Of a DNA stretch of 64,000 bases, positions 61,961 through 64,000 are shown one piece after another; position 1 is the first letter of the stretch, and the number at the start of each line of letters is the position of its first letter. A program made the position numbers and the translations under genes. This DNA is from Macrostomum hystrix (lineage: Eukaryota; Animalia; Platyhelminthes), in NCBI GenBank assembly GCA_950097015.1, contig CATNEN010000001.1:16306001-16370000 (forward strand). Reading direction: 5' to 3'. The notes below the pieces were generated by a model. The model saw only the letters and a program-made list of their open reading frames with translations. It had not been told where the DNA came from and did no database searches.

Positions 61961-63223
61961 CTGAAGTAAAAAATAGTGTGAAGTCAAGTGTAGCTTAAGT
62001 GTAAAATCATATTGGAGCTTAAACAACTTCCTAAATTTTATAAAGAATGTAAGACTACATTGTGTGTACAAAAAATATAAATTAAATTATATATAATTTC
62101 TATCTATATTTATATTGTATAGAAAGAAACAATATAAATACAATATATATAAATTGTCAATAGACAAGTCTACTAATGTTATATGCAAACTTATAAGACA
62201 TTACAATAATCATATATGAAGGGATGCAGCACAATTATCACATATATAGGCCTGAATATATAAATAAATATGTACCTTAACAGTATAGTAGAGATAGGGA
62301 TCTGACCATGGCTAAAATAGGGACACAAGAGACTATACTAATTAGTCTAGCAAAGCATAATAAATATAGATATATAGATAACATAATTAAATAATAATAA
62401 CTAATCAAGGAGCAATAGTACTGAAGGTATCATATGGCTATGGCGATAGGAAAATACAACAAAATAATAGTCAAAAGAAAAACCCTTGAAAGAGAATATT
62501 TAAGTCTAGGTGGCATCTTAGAAATTAGACTTTTGAATGGGCTTAGAATTGGCATAATGCTGGGATTTGCTAAGGTAGCAAGAATAGTATTCTATAATTG
62601 TTATAGAATATATAATTGTTAGGCCTATGTGCCACAAAGTCAGAGTTGCGCAGTGCACCGAAAATATATTGCGATGAATTGCAGCGAGTATGGCCCGAAA
62701 CTTATTATGGTCTTGAAAATATAAACAATATTCCAGAGCACAAAACTCTAAGAATGCAAATAATGAAATTAGTTCCGCTGTAGAAAACACAAGAGAAAGA
62801 CGCAATAACAGACGACAGTCTAGGGATAAAGAAATCACGGCACGAGCAATTTTGAAAAATCAGTTCAAAACATTATAAAATTAAAACATAAAACAAATTC
62901 TAGGGGATTCAAGTGAAATTGATAAATATATTTGTAAATATTTCTTACATCGTGAGATTTAGACATTAAATAGATATTTTAATACTTGCTAAAAAATTGA
63001 CACACGTCTAATGAAGCAGCGACGTTTTACTGTTGTGAAAACAACTCCAATTCAACGTTGTGCAATAACAACGCTTTCTCAACGGTGACAAACATATGCA
63101 GTGTATTGCATAAATGAATAAAGGAATCGCATAATTTTCATTTCTATGCATGTTTCAATGCACTCTGCATTGATCTCTCCTCCCAACGGTTTTCTGACCA
63201 GCTTCCGTTGGAACTCCGTTGGA

Positions 63224-64000
63224 TCAACGACGCCTTTCCCACTGGGCGTGTTTCATCACTTCCTTCGCAGCCGATTCAACTAAATTCTCCTTTGTGTTGA
63301 TGCTGCGCAACGCTGCTCCCCGCACGATAGTCCACAAGACGGTGCCTCGGAAAGCTGCTTTCTTCCGCCGCCCATTGAAACTAAAAGTTGCCATGGCAGA
63401 CGGAGCCAGCAGTCTGCGCAAAACCCGGCGCACGACACCCTGAACACTGCTGCCACCGACACAGGTCAGCTGTCGCTCCTGAAATACAGTTGAAGCAGTT
63501 TTGCAGTTTGGCAACAAAAAGCGAGAAATGACAAAGCGCGTAAAATCGCTGAGTTTTACAGGCTGATTTGATTTAGCATGAAATGCAAAGCTTAAAAGTA
63601 AAAATCAAATTAACTTACAAGCGCTTCTGCATCAGCAGGATTGGAGTTCAGATGCTCGACGAGCTGCCCCAGATCATCCAGAGCGCATGGTAGATCAACA
63701 GGCAGACTAGCAGCAGGCGCGTTCTTTTGCGCTGCCATTGCAGACACTGTGCGCTCAATGCGTTCCGCGTACTGCCGGAGGGAGGCCAGCTCCCTTAAAA
63801 GAATCCTTTCGAACGCTGCAAAGACGAAATTTATTGACTGCCAGATCACAATGCTCCGTAAATTTTACGCAAAAATGGCTGCACAGTTCGAGACCTTTAA
63901 ACCAGGACACCCTGGATTAGGATACCGCAGCTTTAAAATTTCACAGTTTTTTGGTCATTTTGACTACTCACTTGAGCCAGTTGCAGAATCTCGCACAACC
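63224..64000 (-). CDS. Second DUF4806/BEN-like protein, 3' exons (5' part outside the window)
   Basis: Exons >64000-63972, 63815-63619 and 63478-63224: LPCALDDLGQLVEHL...GGSSVQGVVRRVLRRLL...FSFNGRRKKAAF. Confidence 0.65.

Larger units (their letters stand above)
55931..64000 (-). mobile_element. Large EnSpm/CACTA (CMC)-like DNA transposon region; the other end is outside the window
   Basis: CCC-starting termini followed by clustered subterminal motifs (CCCTAGTAACAC + ACGTCGCG repeats at 55931-56080; CCCAGCGG + AACG repeats at 56637-56775), a CMC transposase and DUF4806-like accessory genes. Confidence 0.65.

Overview
Eukaryotic (animal) genomic DNA. GC-rich exons, CAG/polyQ runs and minisatellite-filled introns resemble a free-living flatworm such as Macrostomum; this is inference, not proof. 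The left ~43 kb holds six spliced genes reconstructed by hand from GT-AG sites and frame: an SLC4 bicarbonate transporter (5' part, minus), a clan-2 cytochrome P450 (plus), DNAJC11 (minus), a 354-aa G-alpha-i/o (minus), a SoxB-like HMG gene (plus) and a KDM7/PHF8-type JmjC demethylase (minus). About 22 distinct 12-42 bp tandem arrays fill most of the larger introns and the 3' flanks. Many units carry splice signals: amplified donor junctions, amplified acceptors, CTRAY branch-point motifs and AG|GT points. The right ~22 kb is transposon-dominated: a MULE-like element with a 9-bp TSD, a self-nested PIF/Harbinger MITE, tRNA-derived SINEs, a non-LTR RT fragment with an apparent CpG-deamination signature, a hAT/Sola chimeric remnant, a dead RRM2 fragment, and a large EnSpm/CMC-like element carrying a transposase plus two DUF4806-like genes. 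The long ORFs over tandem arrays are artefacts. Copy numbers are eye estimates and family assignments come from remembered motifs, not database searches.
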